The notes: generated by a model not told the origin, from the sequence alone. A DNA stretch of 63,724 nt, filler included, from Blastocystis sp. subtype 4 (GCF_000743755.1; 4 parts of 4 records of this genome joined end to end with filler, not necessarily neighbours in it), one strand, 5' to 3'. Counted from the whole stretch's first letter, positions 25,230 to 38,979 are shown. Numbers and translations are program-made.

Positions 25230-27200
25230 CTAAACAGATGTTTGTGTTGTTCGCATCTTTTTAATTTGCTATTCAATCATTTACTCCTTTCATTCTTACA
25301 GAAACGATGAAACACAAACCAACACATTCTCCAAACCGTAGATCAAATTCTTCTGCTTCTTCCATATTGAAATACAGCATATACCCAACATTCTCCAAGG
25401 CTGATTCCTTAATTACTTTCTTCGTTTCTTCCTCTCCTAATAGTAACCGGAATACAGGTTCACTTGAATCATTATCCTCCACATTACGCAAAGGAGGAAT
25501 TGTCTATATGATATTCTAGTCTCTCTCTTACTAGTGTCTTCTGGTGATCAATCCATCGTTTCATCTCTTCATCTGTCAAACCCATTCGTTCTGCATACTC
25601 TGGATGAACTCCTAGAATACTCCAAATTGATTCAAATCCTAGTTCCTTAAGCTGGGTCTTGTGACTCTCCAAACCAATCTCCGAGAGAAACGTACTCAGA
25701 CAATCCAATTGACGTAGCATCTCTGCAAGACGTTTTCGATGACCAAATTTCATTCCCATTGACTTCAAATCCTCTTCATTTGTTGAAAACAGATCAGAAC
25801 ATACTACGTAGCCCTATCTTCAATCTCTCTTCTTATCCCTACCTTGTTTCTGAACGTATCAATGTATTCTTGAAGGCCCAGAGCTCCTAACAGCTCCTCT
25901 ACAGTACTAGAAGGCCTCAGTTGAGGCTGACCAGAGTTAGGGCTGGGGACCACTGGAGTAAGCGACTCCGTCTCCTCCTCACCAGGTTCTATTGAAGTAG
26001 TCAGAGGTGTGGCAACTTTGAGTGAGGCCTCAGGGGAGAGAACCTCGAGCACCTCTGGAACATGATATTCTGGGAATAGCTCTCGAATTGATTGAATAGG
26101 ACACTGCATAACCAGATCCAGAGGAGTGACACCTTGCTGATTCTTCTGATGCTCATCAAATTTGAGTGTAATGAAAAGTTGGATAATTTCTTGCTGGAGC
26201 GAGATGAGACTGTTTTGTTGGGAACATGAGACAAGTAATGCAACATGAAGAGGAGAATTGCCATCTCGATCAACAAGTTTCATTAACTCATTCCGAGGTT
26301 TTGATTCGATGAATAAGGAAATAGATTCCAAATCAAGACGGCGAATTGCATCGAAAAAGGCCGCATTATATTGCTCGCTATACTTCGCGAAGCAAGCATC
26401 TTTTATAAATGGAAACGACATACAGATGGGGGTCTTCCCGGACTATATATAAGGGAAAGAAAGAGTTCCAACCAAGGAACGAATGTTCAGATCAGCTCCA
26501 GATGCCACGAGCATTTCAAACAGATCTCGGTCGAGGAGAAGTGCTGCCCAGTGAAGAGGAGTGCGTCCATAGACATCCTGTTGGTTGATTTCGAATCCAC
26601 TCCGCAACAACTCTACAATCACGTCTACATGTCAATAAGATCCAATAGAGATACTATAAGCCCCCTGCTCACATGCAAGATGTAAAGCAAACAGACCATT
26701 TGAAGTACGATAAAACTTACAGTCTGGATTCTTTATGTGTGCATGGATATAATCAACGTTGTCCTTTGTAACCGCATCTAGGAAGTTCTAAGCCAATTAG
26801 CCAATTCTAAGAGATAGAACATTTTGTTCTTCAATAAGTGTATGAATAAATTGAGCAGTATTAGAAAATCCGGATTCGCTTGCTAATATTTCAGCCGTCT
26901 TATTATCCTGTTCATTACTCCTTCATTCAACAAATACAGTTGTAACCTGATCAAGATGAGCTCCGTACTGAAATAAGGTATATAAACAATCGTCAAATCC
27001 TTTAGAGGCGGCAAGATGAAACAGAGTTCTTCCTTCAGAGTCATACGCATTGATATCAATTAGCTGATGTTTCAACATCGCATCCAGCTCCGTGTTATCT
27101 CCATTGGAGTTTAGCATACAATTCTGCAGCTCTTGTAGAACTGGTGTCTATAGCATTAAAATACATCTATTGTGTCAATTACCGTTACCCAGTTAATCAT
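25230..27200 (-). CDS. Ankyrin-repeat protein with C-terminal SAM-like domains (start codon uncertain)
   Basis: GRTLFHLAASKG, GRTPLHWAA, GNSPLHVAL; VEELLGALGLQEYIDTF...LKSMGMKFGHRKRL. Confidence 0.8.
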
Positions 27201-27489
27201 CTCCGCTGTATCGGTTTGTAGAGCGAATTGGTAATGCACGTACAGTGTGAGATAATAATAAACATATCCACACTGGACGAATCCCTTTGCTTATAATCTC
27301 ATACCTGTTGGAATAACAACGATAAATAAACAAATAGAGCCAAAGTTAAGTCATCTGTGAAGAGTTAGAGTAGATGACTTGGGTTGGAATACTATGCTTT
27401 GAAATCAAATATTGGATACATCAGTATCAATACTACAATATCTGAAGTTGATTACCACTCACAATCCTATTCTGTTGACTTGAAAATCG

Positions 27490-29443
27490 ATGTTTCGAGG
27501 ATTGCAGAGGATGTATCCTCTATTAAGAACATCCAGATGTCTAAGGCCGTGTGTTCTACCGAATTTCATGTAGGTGAAGAATATCGAAATAATATCTGTA
27601 GGTCGATTGAAACATGGAATAAATTACTCATTTGTCGATCTATCTCCACAGAAACGAGCAATCTTCCAAGTTCCAATGGACAAGAACCAGAGAAACGGCA
27701 ATTGAGAGAACTCGATATGTCTGATGCTGGTGATCGTCGATCGTAAGAAAAGGTATGGGAGGTTACTCTCTAGGTTTATTCGAAGAATTTCTGTATCTGA
27801 AGATGCTCCAAAGGAAGAACTCAATCGTGCTTTTGATGCTTACAAGGAATTGGCCTATCGTGATATTCGTATTTCGCATCGTGATTTATTGCAACTGATT
27901 CAAACTATGTTGACTACCTGTGAATGGGATCATTATGTGTATTCTCAGATGCTCCATCTCCTTTATGAATATCATTCTAGTAAAGTCGCTTTAGAGGTGA
28001 TTCGTCAAATGCGTGAGTTCCATGTCAAGGTCAACAGTGATGATTATATGGATGCTATTCGCGTGTGTAGTGTGTCGGATAATGCGGAAAACGAAGCAGC
28101 AATATTGTGGAATTGGATGCTTTCAGAAGGATATGCTCCTTCTCTCATTGATTATGAGATTCTGATGAATTGTTTCATTCGATCCAATGATATTGCAGAA
28201 GCGGAGAAGTTGTTTGAGTCGATTCGTCATAAGGGTTTAAAACCGACTGTTTGGACTTACAATACTCTTTTAAATGGGTATAAGAAGACTGGTAGTTGGG
28301 AACGTGCGCTTCAGATGTATCAGATTATGAAATTGGATAAAATTGTTCCTGATGGCATCACATATACAATTCTTCTTGATCTGTTGTTGAAGATGAAGAA
28401 ACGAGAATATGGAAATGTAATTGTGAGGGATCTTCAAGGAGGGACCAATCTCCTCGATCTGATAACGAATTGTATTCAGACTACTTATCCCACTCATTTC
28501 ATGGATAATGTTAATCTTATGAATAGTCAAGAGTTTTTAGATTCATTTAATACTCTTTTTAGCAATGAATCCTTGAAGAAGTATCATGATCAATTCTCTC
28601 ATTTGTTCTTGAAGAAGTCAAGTTTGAATTCGTTGTTACTATGGTATATTAACCAAGACAATCGGTTTGCAGTTCTCTATTTGTACCACTGTACCATGCG
28701 TTCCAGAAAGACGGCTCCTAACGATCTCACATACAAATTGTTGTTTCACTATTGTGGTATAAAACAAGATTCATTATTTTACGAGTTAATTATGAAGAAT
28801 GCAGCAGCTCAAGGTTTTACTTATAATGTAAGAATCAGGGTTGATTTCTATGATAGACATCACTTGTACGAGATGCCTGCAAATATTATATTTTCTTAAA
28901 TGACTATGAGAAAGGAATGGAATTGTTACAAGAGAGCATTAACTGCAATTTGCTTCCAAATTACAGAACACAACCATTTCGATGTATATGTTAAAGATTA
29001 AGATGAATTGTAGTGTTGTTATGGAAGTATTCGGATTCACTCACATTCTTTGCTGTCTATCAGATATCCTTAATTCTATTAAACTAAGTTGTCTTAATAG
29101 TACTTCCTCTATTCCTTTGTCAAAGCATACGGAGAAAAGGAGTTACAGAATGTGAATTATCATGATGTGACAATTATGAGTTATGCTGGAGCCGACGAAC
29201 AGAAAGGAGAGAGGAATATGAAGATTGTGAATACCATCTTGGCTAATCTTCAGCCCCATATCAATATTACTGAAACTCCTGATCATCGTGTGGTGTTACA
29301 TCGACATAGTTTTATGAGTTATGTACGTGATGAAGGAAGGCGATACCAGTACATGAAGAAGAAAGGTCGTCCGTTTAGGTTACAATTGGATGTCACAAAG
29401 ATTATCCGAGAGTGTTTTATTGATGTGAATTGTGATGGGATTT
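27490..29443 (+). CDS. Pentatricopeptide-repeat protein with a mitochondrial presequence; poly(A)-generated stop predicted
   Basis: MFRGLQRMYPLLRTSRCLR presequence; PPR motifs YEILMNCF..GLKPTVWTYNTLLNGY..IVPDGITYTILL. Confidence 0.85.
29064..29103 (+). other. U12-type AT-AC intron (40 nt)
   Basis: Perfect ATATCCTT donor; GTCTTAAT-AGTAC 3' end; removal gives GTC TAT CAG|TTC CTC TAT in frame with the downstream exon. Confidence 0.88.
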
Positions 29444-29447
29444 GTCA

Positions 29448-29455
29448 TGTTTGTT
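29448..29455 (+). promoter_or_regulatory. TGTTTGTT polyadenylation motif (T29443)
   Basis: Exact motif; T29443 is codon position 1. Confidence 0.75.
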
Positions 29456-29573
29456 GTTAGAGAAGCTGTTTGAGTATTTAGCAAAGATTCAAGGATCGGA
29501 AGTCTTGATAATCAATTGATTATTGGACGTTTCTTCCCCTTTCCCCAATTTGGAATCAATCATATTTCTTTTC

Positions 29574-29960
29574 ATGAGCACGATTATTAAGACTGAAAAT
29601 GCCCCTGCTGCTATTGGACCTTACTCTCAGGGTATGGTTTGCGGCAATATTGTCTTCACCTCTGGTCAAATCCCTGTGGATCCCGCCACTGGAACTTTCT
29701 CTGACAATATTGAGGTCCAGGCTCGTCAGAGTCTCATGAACGTGAAGGCTGTCGTTGAGGCTGCTGGATTCAGTGTCACGGATATTGTGAAGACCACCGT
29801 TTTCGTGAAGGATCTGAACGACTTCGGTAAAGTGAACGCTGTGTATCAGGCTTTCTTCGAGGAGTTCAAGGTTCCTTTCCCTGCTCGTTCTTGCGTCGAG
29901 GTTGCTCGTCTTCCTAAGGACGTGGGTGTGGAAATTGAGGCTATTGCTTACAGAAAGTAG
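29574..29960 (+). CDS. ridA: RidA (YjgF/YER057c) reactive imine deaminase, intronless
   Basis: TENAPAAIGPYSQG, TSGQIP, DIVKTTVFVKDLNDF, FPARSCVEVARLPKDV.VEIEAIA. Confidence 0.95.
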   Translation: MSTIIKTENAPAAIGPYSQGMVCGNIVFTSGQIPVDPATGTFSDNIEVQARQSLMNVKAVVEAAGFSVTDIVKTTVFVKDLNDFGKVNAVYQAFFEEFKVPFPARSCVEVARLPKDVGVEIEAIAYRK

Positions 29961-29985
29961 ATTATATGAGTTTCCGATTGTTTAA

Positions 29986-29993
29986 AACAAACA
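29986..29993 (-). promoter_or_regulatory. TGTTTGTT polyadenylation motif (T29998)
   Basis: Exact motif; T29998 follows ...FPKVL. Confidence 0.8.
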
Positions 29994-29997
29994 CTCA

Positions 29998-31564
29998 ATA
30001 GTACTTTGGGAAAATTCTTAGGTAGATCTGCTAGCTTGAGTACGCGGAGAGTTTGCACTGGAGAGAAGGATTTGATTATGTTAGCTTGCGTTAGTGGTTT
30101 TAGGAGAGGCAGCGTCTATAGTCAATCACATTGAGTTACACTACGTTGTTTGCTAAGGAGGATGGGAGTGACGATACAAGTTTGACACAATAGACTGGAT
30201 CATCTCGAATGGCGTTCTTCACATCCTCTGGAGTCAATGGGTGGTTACGAAATGCCTATATTTCATAGATTATATGGAAAACAACATAGTCACGATACTG
30301 CATCTGAATGAGAAGACGAAACCGCTTGAAACATTCCACATCATTTCGACATAGATTACACTTCTCCAATGGAATCGTTGGAGGACATAAAAACGTAGGG
30401 AGGAGGAATGTCCGATTCAGAAGTCGACTCAATACAGCAACCTGATGGAGATACAGAGTATTATTCTTCCGTTCCTCGGATGCATCCACCATAAGATACC
30501 TTCGCTCCGATGAAGAATAGTATCCATCGCTATCATCATCATAAAACCGCATTTCTCGCCATCGATAGAATTTGTTTTCGCTTCCAACAATGTAGTTATT
30601 ATGCATCATAATCTGTTGAGGAGATATTGGATCCCAATAGAACTGATGTTGCGAAAAGAAGACTCGACCACTAGAGAACTGATCTTCTGGTAACAAAACC
30701 AAACGCAGACCAGAATGTCTTCCTAGAACTGCAACAAGAGATTCTTGATCTAATTCGTTGTTCGATACCATGTATCTAGCCCCTGATTTCAGAAATGCAC
30801 GTGTTATCGCTGTTGGAAGCAAAAACATGAAACCACTATTCAACGAATCATCCTTCTGAGTAACAACATCAGTATTCTCTTCCGAATACTGATTAAGAAC
30901 AGGCCAAGGGTCCTTAAAGAGGATAATGTCACAATCCATGTACAAAACTCGGAATCCAATGGACATCAACCTAGAGAGATATGTGAGTTTGTTAACCACT
31001 TTTTTATAGAAGGATTTGCTCGTAATCACCGAACTCTGCTGAAGAGCAGAAGAATCTACGTTACTAGGATGATAAAAGTACACAGGAATTCCTTTGGAAT
31101 GAAGAGACTAGATCGAAAGCAAGAATAGTCTGTACATCAAATGCATTCTGATCAATAGCCGTCACAAAGAAGTTTGGGTATCTCTCAAGATGTGAGAGTC
31201 TGTAGAACGTATAAAAGTGACGCAGATAACCCGAATCGGTAAACGATGTCATGACAGTACCATTCAAAGCAATCGGTTCCAGCAACTTGTACAAATCACG
31301 TAAATCATAGGGTACAAATACTTTCAAATCATTAACAGGACTGTTTGTAATGACCGATTCCATAGAACTGCTGTTGACTACCGAACTTCGATTCACTACT
31401 GATTCCACAGTGACAGATTCCAGTCTGCTTATATTCTGATTATTCGGATTCAATGAATACAATAGTCCTCCTCGCTTCAATTCTTTGGAAAATTCCTTCT
31501 GCGACACATCAAAAATGATTGTAACAAGAAAAATGAAAAGAAAGCATAGGATGACACACTTCAT
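29998..31564 (-). CDS. Nucleotide-diphospho-sugar transferase (GT77-like) type II membrane glycosyltransferase; poly(A)-generated stop
   Basis: N-terminal TM; GFRVLYMDCDIILFKDP (DxD), LNSGFMF, LDQ, MMHNNYIVG..K..R. Confidence 0.82.
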
Positions 31565-31804
31565 TTGAATAATCACTAGTTAAGTCTGTCAAAAGCTAGA
31601 GAAATACTGATACTATTCTAGAAATACTAAATCTAGTGTTCAAAATCAATATTAAGTGAATAACAAGAAAAACAAAAATGAAATGGCCCAATCTAAATAG
31701 AAGCAGAGTTCTTTCACTCTTTCGTATCATTTGTACATCTAGGGGGATTCTACCAAGTTTTTCGGCTCAATAAAGTCTTCTTCCACTTAGTGTAATCCTC
31801 AGAC

Positions 31805-32359
<555 letters not shown>

Positions 32360-32423
32360 TAGTATCGTTACAGCAACCGAAGAAGATTCCTTTTCTTTGT
32401 TTGTTGGAACCAACACTCAACCC

Positions 32424-33721
32424 TCAGTCCTGTTTCTTATTTCCTCGTGAATTGTAATATTTAATGAATTCAAATCCCTGACTCTTTGTAAGACTAACTA
32501 CTTTGGTCTGCATCATTGCAGCAAGCAATTCAGGATACTTCACTTCATAATAATACTTGTTACATTTCACAGCATCCACTACAGCCTCCACCTGCTTCAT
32601 TTCAGGTGTTCTTGTATTCTTCTCACTCAAATGTGTGATCTGGAAGCTCAATTTGGGTTTAGCTGCCGCAATTTCTACAGTTGGAGGAGGAAGAAGTGCA
32701 AGATCTTGGTCACAAATCCAAGTAAGGTGGACTGGTATTCGAATGTGGGTGAGTAATGACAGGAAATGACGAACACTTCCTCCTACAAGATAGGTGCCAG
32801 ATGGATCCATTCTTAGTGTTATAAATGAAGAAATCACAAACGTCACAGAAAACAAATGAATGTGTTTTGGGAATGATGCATATGTCTCTTCATTAAGAGA
32901 AGGGAATTGAAGAATAGCTCGATTGTTTGTAGGTAAATCCTACGATGAATTAACACCTACACTCTCACCTCACTGAAGACGATTAAAGGAAGCGATCCAA
33001 CCAGATCCTGAAGACGACAACCTGGCTTCTCGAGGAAGGACGGATTAGGCCACATGGCATATTTGATTGCAGTGAATAGACCACATTCAATAACCATACC
33101 CTATACATTGATCCTATATTGACAATACTACATCCATATTGACAAATCCGAAACGGTCGCTCTTCCTATTTTATTAGAGTTATTTCAAACTCATACAGAG
33201 CAGCATAAATGAGGATTTGAAGATAACCAACGAAATTGCTGATAATGATATCATTACCTCGGACACTAGAAAGAGAAATCGATCGAGAATCCACTTCTGT
33301 ACTAGAGATGAAAAAACGAAACGAGTCTAACCGAATACGTAACTTTTGAGATTCTCCATACGAAATCTTGACAGGCCAAACTCCGAGCACTAGCAAAAGA
33401 AGATTACAGATCGGAGATACTACACAAGACCAATATACCCGCTTCAATACACTTCCAACCATCTGATCATGAGAAAATCCTTTCTAGAAATACAAGGTAA
33501 CTCAAAAATTCAGCAGCCAGTAACAAGACAACAAGAACAAGAACAGGAATACAACGGACTACAAAGAGAAGAGTTCCGACAACATATTTCATTACAATAT
33601 TTCCAAAACCCTTAGATCTTGGGTATTGGGGAAGAAACGGATTCAAGCCCGTTTTTTCATCATCCCATTTACAAAATGCTTCCTATCGAGTTATCGAATC
33701 TGAATGAATGATTACAGCCAT
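32424..33721 (-). CDS. Loa1/Vps66-like lysophospholipid acyltransferase
   Basis: Spliced MAEAFCKWDDEKTGLNPFLP resembles the Loa1 WRDxGTGIAPFLP N-terminus; TM segment; IIISNFVGYLQIL; IVFSE..PTNNRAIL. Confidence 0.68.
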
Positions 33722-33916
33722 TGTTGCAAGTGAATCAATGATGTTGATTCGTGACTCTAACTCTCTCTACTCTTCTGTGATTTACTGTTTCTATCTTTCA
33801 CCTATCTATCCGATTCCAATCAATGTAGCGGAAATAGGTAAGAACCGCGGTTCTCCCATTTCCATCCTTTTTCCTCTTGTAACAGCCAGAATAATCGGTT
33901 TCACCTGTGAATTAGT

Positions 33917-34185
33917 ATGGTATGTAAATGATTTTCAGCTAGGATTGTGCTTGATTCTGTGGAAAGTCGTTTGACTCGTTTATTGACGAACATGAACATG
34001 AGTTTATCTTCTTGTAGCCTACTAGATTCAGCAAGAACAGAAAGGCCAGAGGACATGTTAGTGCCGGTCACGGACGTATTGGTACGTTGTAGCTGATTTT
34101 CGTTCATCTCTAGGAAAGCATCGTTGCCATCCTTCTGGACGTGGTAAGGCTGGAGGTTTGCTTCATGCTCGTATCCTTTTCGATA
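33917..34185 (+). CDS. RPL27A: 60S ribosomal protein L27a (uL15), partial; not in the ORF track
   Basis: ATG, 98-nt intron, then [21 protein letters not shown], intron, [24 protein letters not shown]. Confidence 0.95.
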
Positions 34186-34285
34186 NNNNNNNNNNNNNNN
34201 NNNNNNNNNNNNNNNNNNNNNNNNNNNNNTTAATTAATTAANNNNNNNNNNNNNNNNNNNNNNNNNNNNNNNNNNNNNNNNNNNN
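34186..34285. other. Artificial contig linker
   Basis: 44 N + TTAATTAATTAA + 44 N. Confidence 0.97.
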
Positions 34286-34507
34286 TAAGGATTGTATGTT
34301 GTTCAAGCGATAAGACCTTTGGCTTGTTTGTTTGGAGGAAATGATTGTTGAGGTACACAGATAGGTCTTTGCTTCATATGAAACTTGACTTGAATCCTCA
34401 TTCATTGTTTTTGTTTCATTATTTGTTTGAACCAATTTACAATTAATTGGTAAGTATTATTGAGTTGTTTTGGAAGGTTGATTCCTAATGTAGTATTTAG
34501 AGGTGCT

Positions 34508-36024
34508 ATGAATACAGCTGATGTTAGTGACTTATCAGAATCTGATGATGACAGTCCATTATGTCCTTTATGTTACGGTCCCATGGATAAGACAGATCTT
34601 GCTCTATTTCCATGTCCTTGTAATTTTCAGGTATTACTGAAAGGAGTAGAGTAATATGATAGATTTGCATTTGGTGTTTGAATACTTTAGTTGCTGACAG
34701 TCGCCCATGTCCGAATTGCCGTCGTCCCTATAATAAGGCGAATTACCGAATTATGAAAATAGATAAAGAAATGTATTTGTTTGGAGAGGTATTAATGGAA
34801 AGGGAGGAGGAAAGGTCAAAAGCAGAAGAGAAGACACGAGAAGAGTCAAGAAGGTCGATTGTAACAGAGGTTTGTCCAAGGAAGAGAGTTGAGGTGTAGG
34901 ATTCTCGTGATCTCCAAACAATACGAGTGATTCAGAAGAATCTTGTATATGTAATCGGAATTCCTATCGAGGCAGCAGATGAGACAAATCTGAGGAGACA
35001 GGATATGTTTGGTCAATATGGTCATTTGAACAAGATAGTGGTGAACTCGAAGAACCCTGTTGGTGATAAATCGAATACATGTGGCGTATATCTGACGTAT
35101 GAGACGGAAGAACAGGCACTAGAGTGTATTAGAGCTGTTGATGGATATTCGTATTGTCGTCGCCAATTGAAGTAATTGTGATGGAATAGAATAAGGAATA
35201 GAGCGAGCTATGGAACAACTAAGTATTGTTTTGCTTTTGTTCGAGGTCAAAAGTGTAACAATCCAGATTGTCTGTATCTNNNNNNNNNNNNNNNNNNNNN
35301 NNNNNNNNNTCAGCAGGAGTTCTATCAATTGACTCATCCTGGAAATGGTTCTTCATGGGATGAACGTCAACAGGTACAGAAGAGAAGAGAGAATGATGAT
35401 TAGCGATATGTGTACAAGCGGATAACAGATGAATACAATACTTCTCTTCCTCCTCCTTCACGGAATTCACCCAAGTTAGTTGTATTGCCAAGGAAGAGTA
35501 GAAGTGTGAATGAAAAGTGAGAAATAGGTCCTATCAAATCCTCAGGATCACCATCGTTGCAGTCCAGTGGAGATGACAGTCAATCGATTCACAGTAGGTA
35601 TTGAGAAGTACGATTCAATGTAGCACGCATCAGTGAAATCGGATCTCCGAAACAGGATGAGGGTGATGAGCTTGTATTCTCTTGTTCATCCCCTATTGTT
35701 CTTATCGGCTTCTCAGAGAGTAATAGGATACTGTCGGAACCTGATATAGCTACATCACTGGAAGAATCTGTACTAAAAGCAATTCCATACTCATTCGGTT
35801 GGAACGGATTTAGTGGATTATCGATAGAGTCTCTGGGATTTGGAATCAAGGGAGACACATTTGGCTTACAAATGAGCGATAGTACACCTGAAAGTTGGTA
35901 CAAAAAGTGGTTATGATGAATAGAGATTGATGTCGAGCGGCTCTTACAATGTGGGTCGATTCTAGAAAGCAGTTCTACTAATGTGCTTGGAAAGTCTTTT
36001 TCTTTTAGACATGGGAATGGGTGA
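34508..36024 (+). CDS. CNOT4: CCR4-NOT subunit NOT4-like E3 ligase (C4C4 RING, RRM, CCCH)
   Basis: CPLC..FPCPCNFQICIWC..CPNCRRPY; RVIQKNLVYVIG..MFGQYG; ASYGTTKYCFAF..CNNPDCLY. Confidence 0.92.
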
Positions 36025-36208
36025 TGGCGAATGGTTATGTGTGAATGGGTGAAATGTTTGTTACAAGAAATGATAGTTCATAATGAGTAGAGTGAATCTA
36101 AATCCAAATTCAAATATCAAGAGGGAGAAATAGTTCAGCCAATTGTCTGGCGCACCATTTCTCCCTCGTTCCTTAGTTACAACAATCACTTTATCACAGG
36201 TTATTATC

Positions 36209-37548
36209 ATGGCATTAAGTTATTCAGTGCGTAAACAGTACAATTATATGTAAAATGTGACACTCAGATTGGAGGGAACCGAAAATGTGATGGAAGTCGA
36301 AGAGGATTCGACCTTTGAACCTGTGGAAAAGCTTCAACAGTTTGGAATTAATGCAAGCGACATTCAAAAACTGAAGGACGGAGGATACTACACAATCGGA
36401 ATGGTTCTAAAGACACCCCAAAAGGCATAATTTTCATTATTGGATCATTTAAAGGAATTAATTACGGTTAAAGGTCTCAGTGAAGCTAAGATTGAGAAGA
36501 TTGTCACTGTTGCTCGTACTATGAAGGTACGAATGTATCTGTTTTATTATATAGACAACCGGTATCTTCTGCACCGGAAGGGAAATGATGAGCATGAGAC
36601 AAGTAGTGATCACTAACAGCCTTTTTCCTAGAAAGTGATAAAAATAACCACAGGAAGTTCGGAACTTGATACTCTCCTTGGAGGAGGAATTGAGACAATG
36701 AGCATCACTGAGATCTTTGGAGAATTCAGAACAGGCAAAACTCAACTGGCACATACCCTTTGTGTCACTGCACAACTACCAACAGATATGTTGAAGTAGT
36801 AGAAGGGAGTGATACCTAGGCATGGAGCAAATGGGAAGGTAATCTTCCTTGATACTGAAGGAACATTGTAAGGACAAACATTTCTATTCATTTACCAGTC
36901 GTCCTCAGCGCGTAGTAGAGATTGCCGAACGATACGGATTGAATGGTGATGAAGTACTGGACAATATTCTACTTGCGCGTGCATATACACATGAACAACA
37001 AATGGATATCATCACAGCTGCAGCAGCCAAGATTGTGGAGGATGATTCTCCCTATCACTTGCTTGTAGGGATCACTTCGTATCTATTAAACAGATTGTCG
37101 ACTCCATTACAGCTCTATTTCGAGTTGACTACAGTGGTCGAGGAGAATTAGCAGAACGACAACAAAAGCTAGGTCGTCACTTAAGTGCTCTCAAGAAATG
37201 TAAGATGTATAAAGGGGATTTGAAGTGTAGTAGCTGAAGAGTTCAATGTAGCAGTCTTGATCATCAACCAAGTCACCGCAGATCCAGGCGCTGCAGCCAT
37301 GGTAACATATCATGACTCTCTATAAAGTCTAGTTTGTGAAAGATACCAAAAAACCTATTGGAGGAAATGTAATTGCCCATGCCAGCACAACACGGTTATA
37401 TTTCAAAAAGGGAAAAGGAGAACAACGAATATGGTAACAATGATGTTATTACCTCATACATAGTAAAGTCTACGACAGTCCAGATCTAGCGGAAAATGAG
37501 GCAACCTTTGCAATTGGTCCACAAGGAATCACTAATGCGGATGGCTGA
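36209..37548 (+). CDS. DMC1: Meiotic recombinase DMC1 (RecA/Rad51 family)
   Basis: [72 protein letters not shown]1-type rather than RAD51-type residues. Confidence 0.8.
36425..36454 (+). other. GC-AG intron (30 nt) in DMC1
   Basis: CAA AAG|gcataa...ttaaag|GAA TTA; unspliced reading hits TAA; spliced reading gives [15 protein letters not shown]. Confidence 0.8.
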
Positions 37549-37717
37549 TAGTGATTGTTTGTTTGTCAATAACCAAAAGTAGAATAAGTGGGGCTGTTAC
37601 GTATCATCTGTATAATAGGAACTTAACGATTCTATCGTCGTAGTATCCAATTACTTACAAATAACGTTCGGATTATTCTAGCCAATCATTTTTGAAGAGG
37701 GGATCGGAAACACTAAA

Positions 37718-38975
37718 ATGATATCGGTTATCGTAATTGCGTGTCTCATTGCTGTCGTCTCTTCTGATGCTTGTGATGTCCTACCTGTACTTATGACTAA
37801 TGGATTAGGGCTGTGATCCAAGAATCAAGAGTGTTGAACTGTTCAAGCCCTGGGAGGACGGATTCCCATGTATTCGTGTCCCTTCTATTGTTCGAACTCC
37901 TCATGCTCTCATTGCCTATGCGGAATGTAGAATGGTTATTGGTGATGGTTGTATTCCGGATTCTGCAGTCCCACTACCTAGGTAGCTACTCCGGACTTCT
38001 ATTATCTCTAGAGATAATGCCATGTATGTCTGCCAAAAGAAGAGTGTTGATGGCGGAAAGACGTGGGGAAATCTGACATATCCTTTTGGAAAGACAATTG
38101 CTACAAGAGAAGCATCCCCTGTATATGACTGGAAAAACCACAAGTTGTTGGTTGTTGCTAACCTCATGGATGCTCAGCTCATCATGGTATGGTTAGATTT
38201 CCTATCTAATATAGACAACTTCGGATGATGAAGGTGATACTTACACTCCCATGGAGAATATCGAAGAAAAGGTTGGAGGGGCTCATACTACATATGTTGG
38301 TGTTGGCCATGGACTCCAACTCCGTTATGGACCTCATGCTGGTCGTTTGGTATCATTATTGGTGTTCAACTCATAATCAGCTATTCATTGGCCACCACGG
38401 TGCTTATGAGTATGATCCTGTGTGGTACACAGATGATCTGGGCAAGAGCTGGACAGCGAGCAATACATACTTCAAGAAGATGGATGAAGCTCAATTAGTC
38501 GAACTTGGAGATGGTATCGTAATGGCGAATATGCGCAATCAACATCTGAATGTAAGAGAAAGCTGAGGAATTGATATCAAGGGTACCGCTCGTGGTATTG
38601 CTGTGTCGACTGATGGAGGTGATAACTTTGGTGAGATCTACTATGATCCTGTGTTAGTGGATCCTATCAATGCCGCTTCAATTATTCGTGATTATTCAAC
38701 AGATGTAGTGTACTTCTCAAATGCCGCTCATCCTACCACACGTGTACGAATGACCGTCAAACGTTCAGTTGATTTCACCAAGACTTGGGGATCTGAATTA
38801 TTAGTATTTGAAGGTAGGGATAAAAAGAATAACTTAGAGATAGGTCCTTCTGCCTATTCCGATATGATTGATCTGGAGGATGAAGAATACATTGGACTGA
38901 CTTGGGAAACCAACAGTACTGGTTGTAAGGGTGAGTCATGCCGAACTCTCTTCTCTTTTGTCCCTAAGAAGTTCT
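37718..38975 (+). CDS. Secreted sialidase/neuraminidase (GH33); poly(A)-generated stop predicted
   Basis: Signal peptide; CIRVP (RIP motif), AYAECR, Asp boxes SVDGGKTW, SDDEGDTY, TDDLGKSW, STDGGDNF, SVDFTKTW; DEAQLVE, NMRN, SAYSD. Confidence 0.9.
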
Positions 38976-38979
38976 TATT

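Noticed and set aside
33901..34107. 68-aa minus-strand ORF
   Set aside because: Antisense to the spliced RPL27A gene
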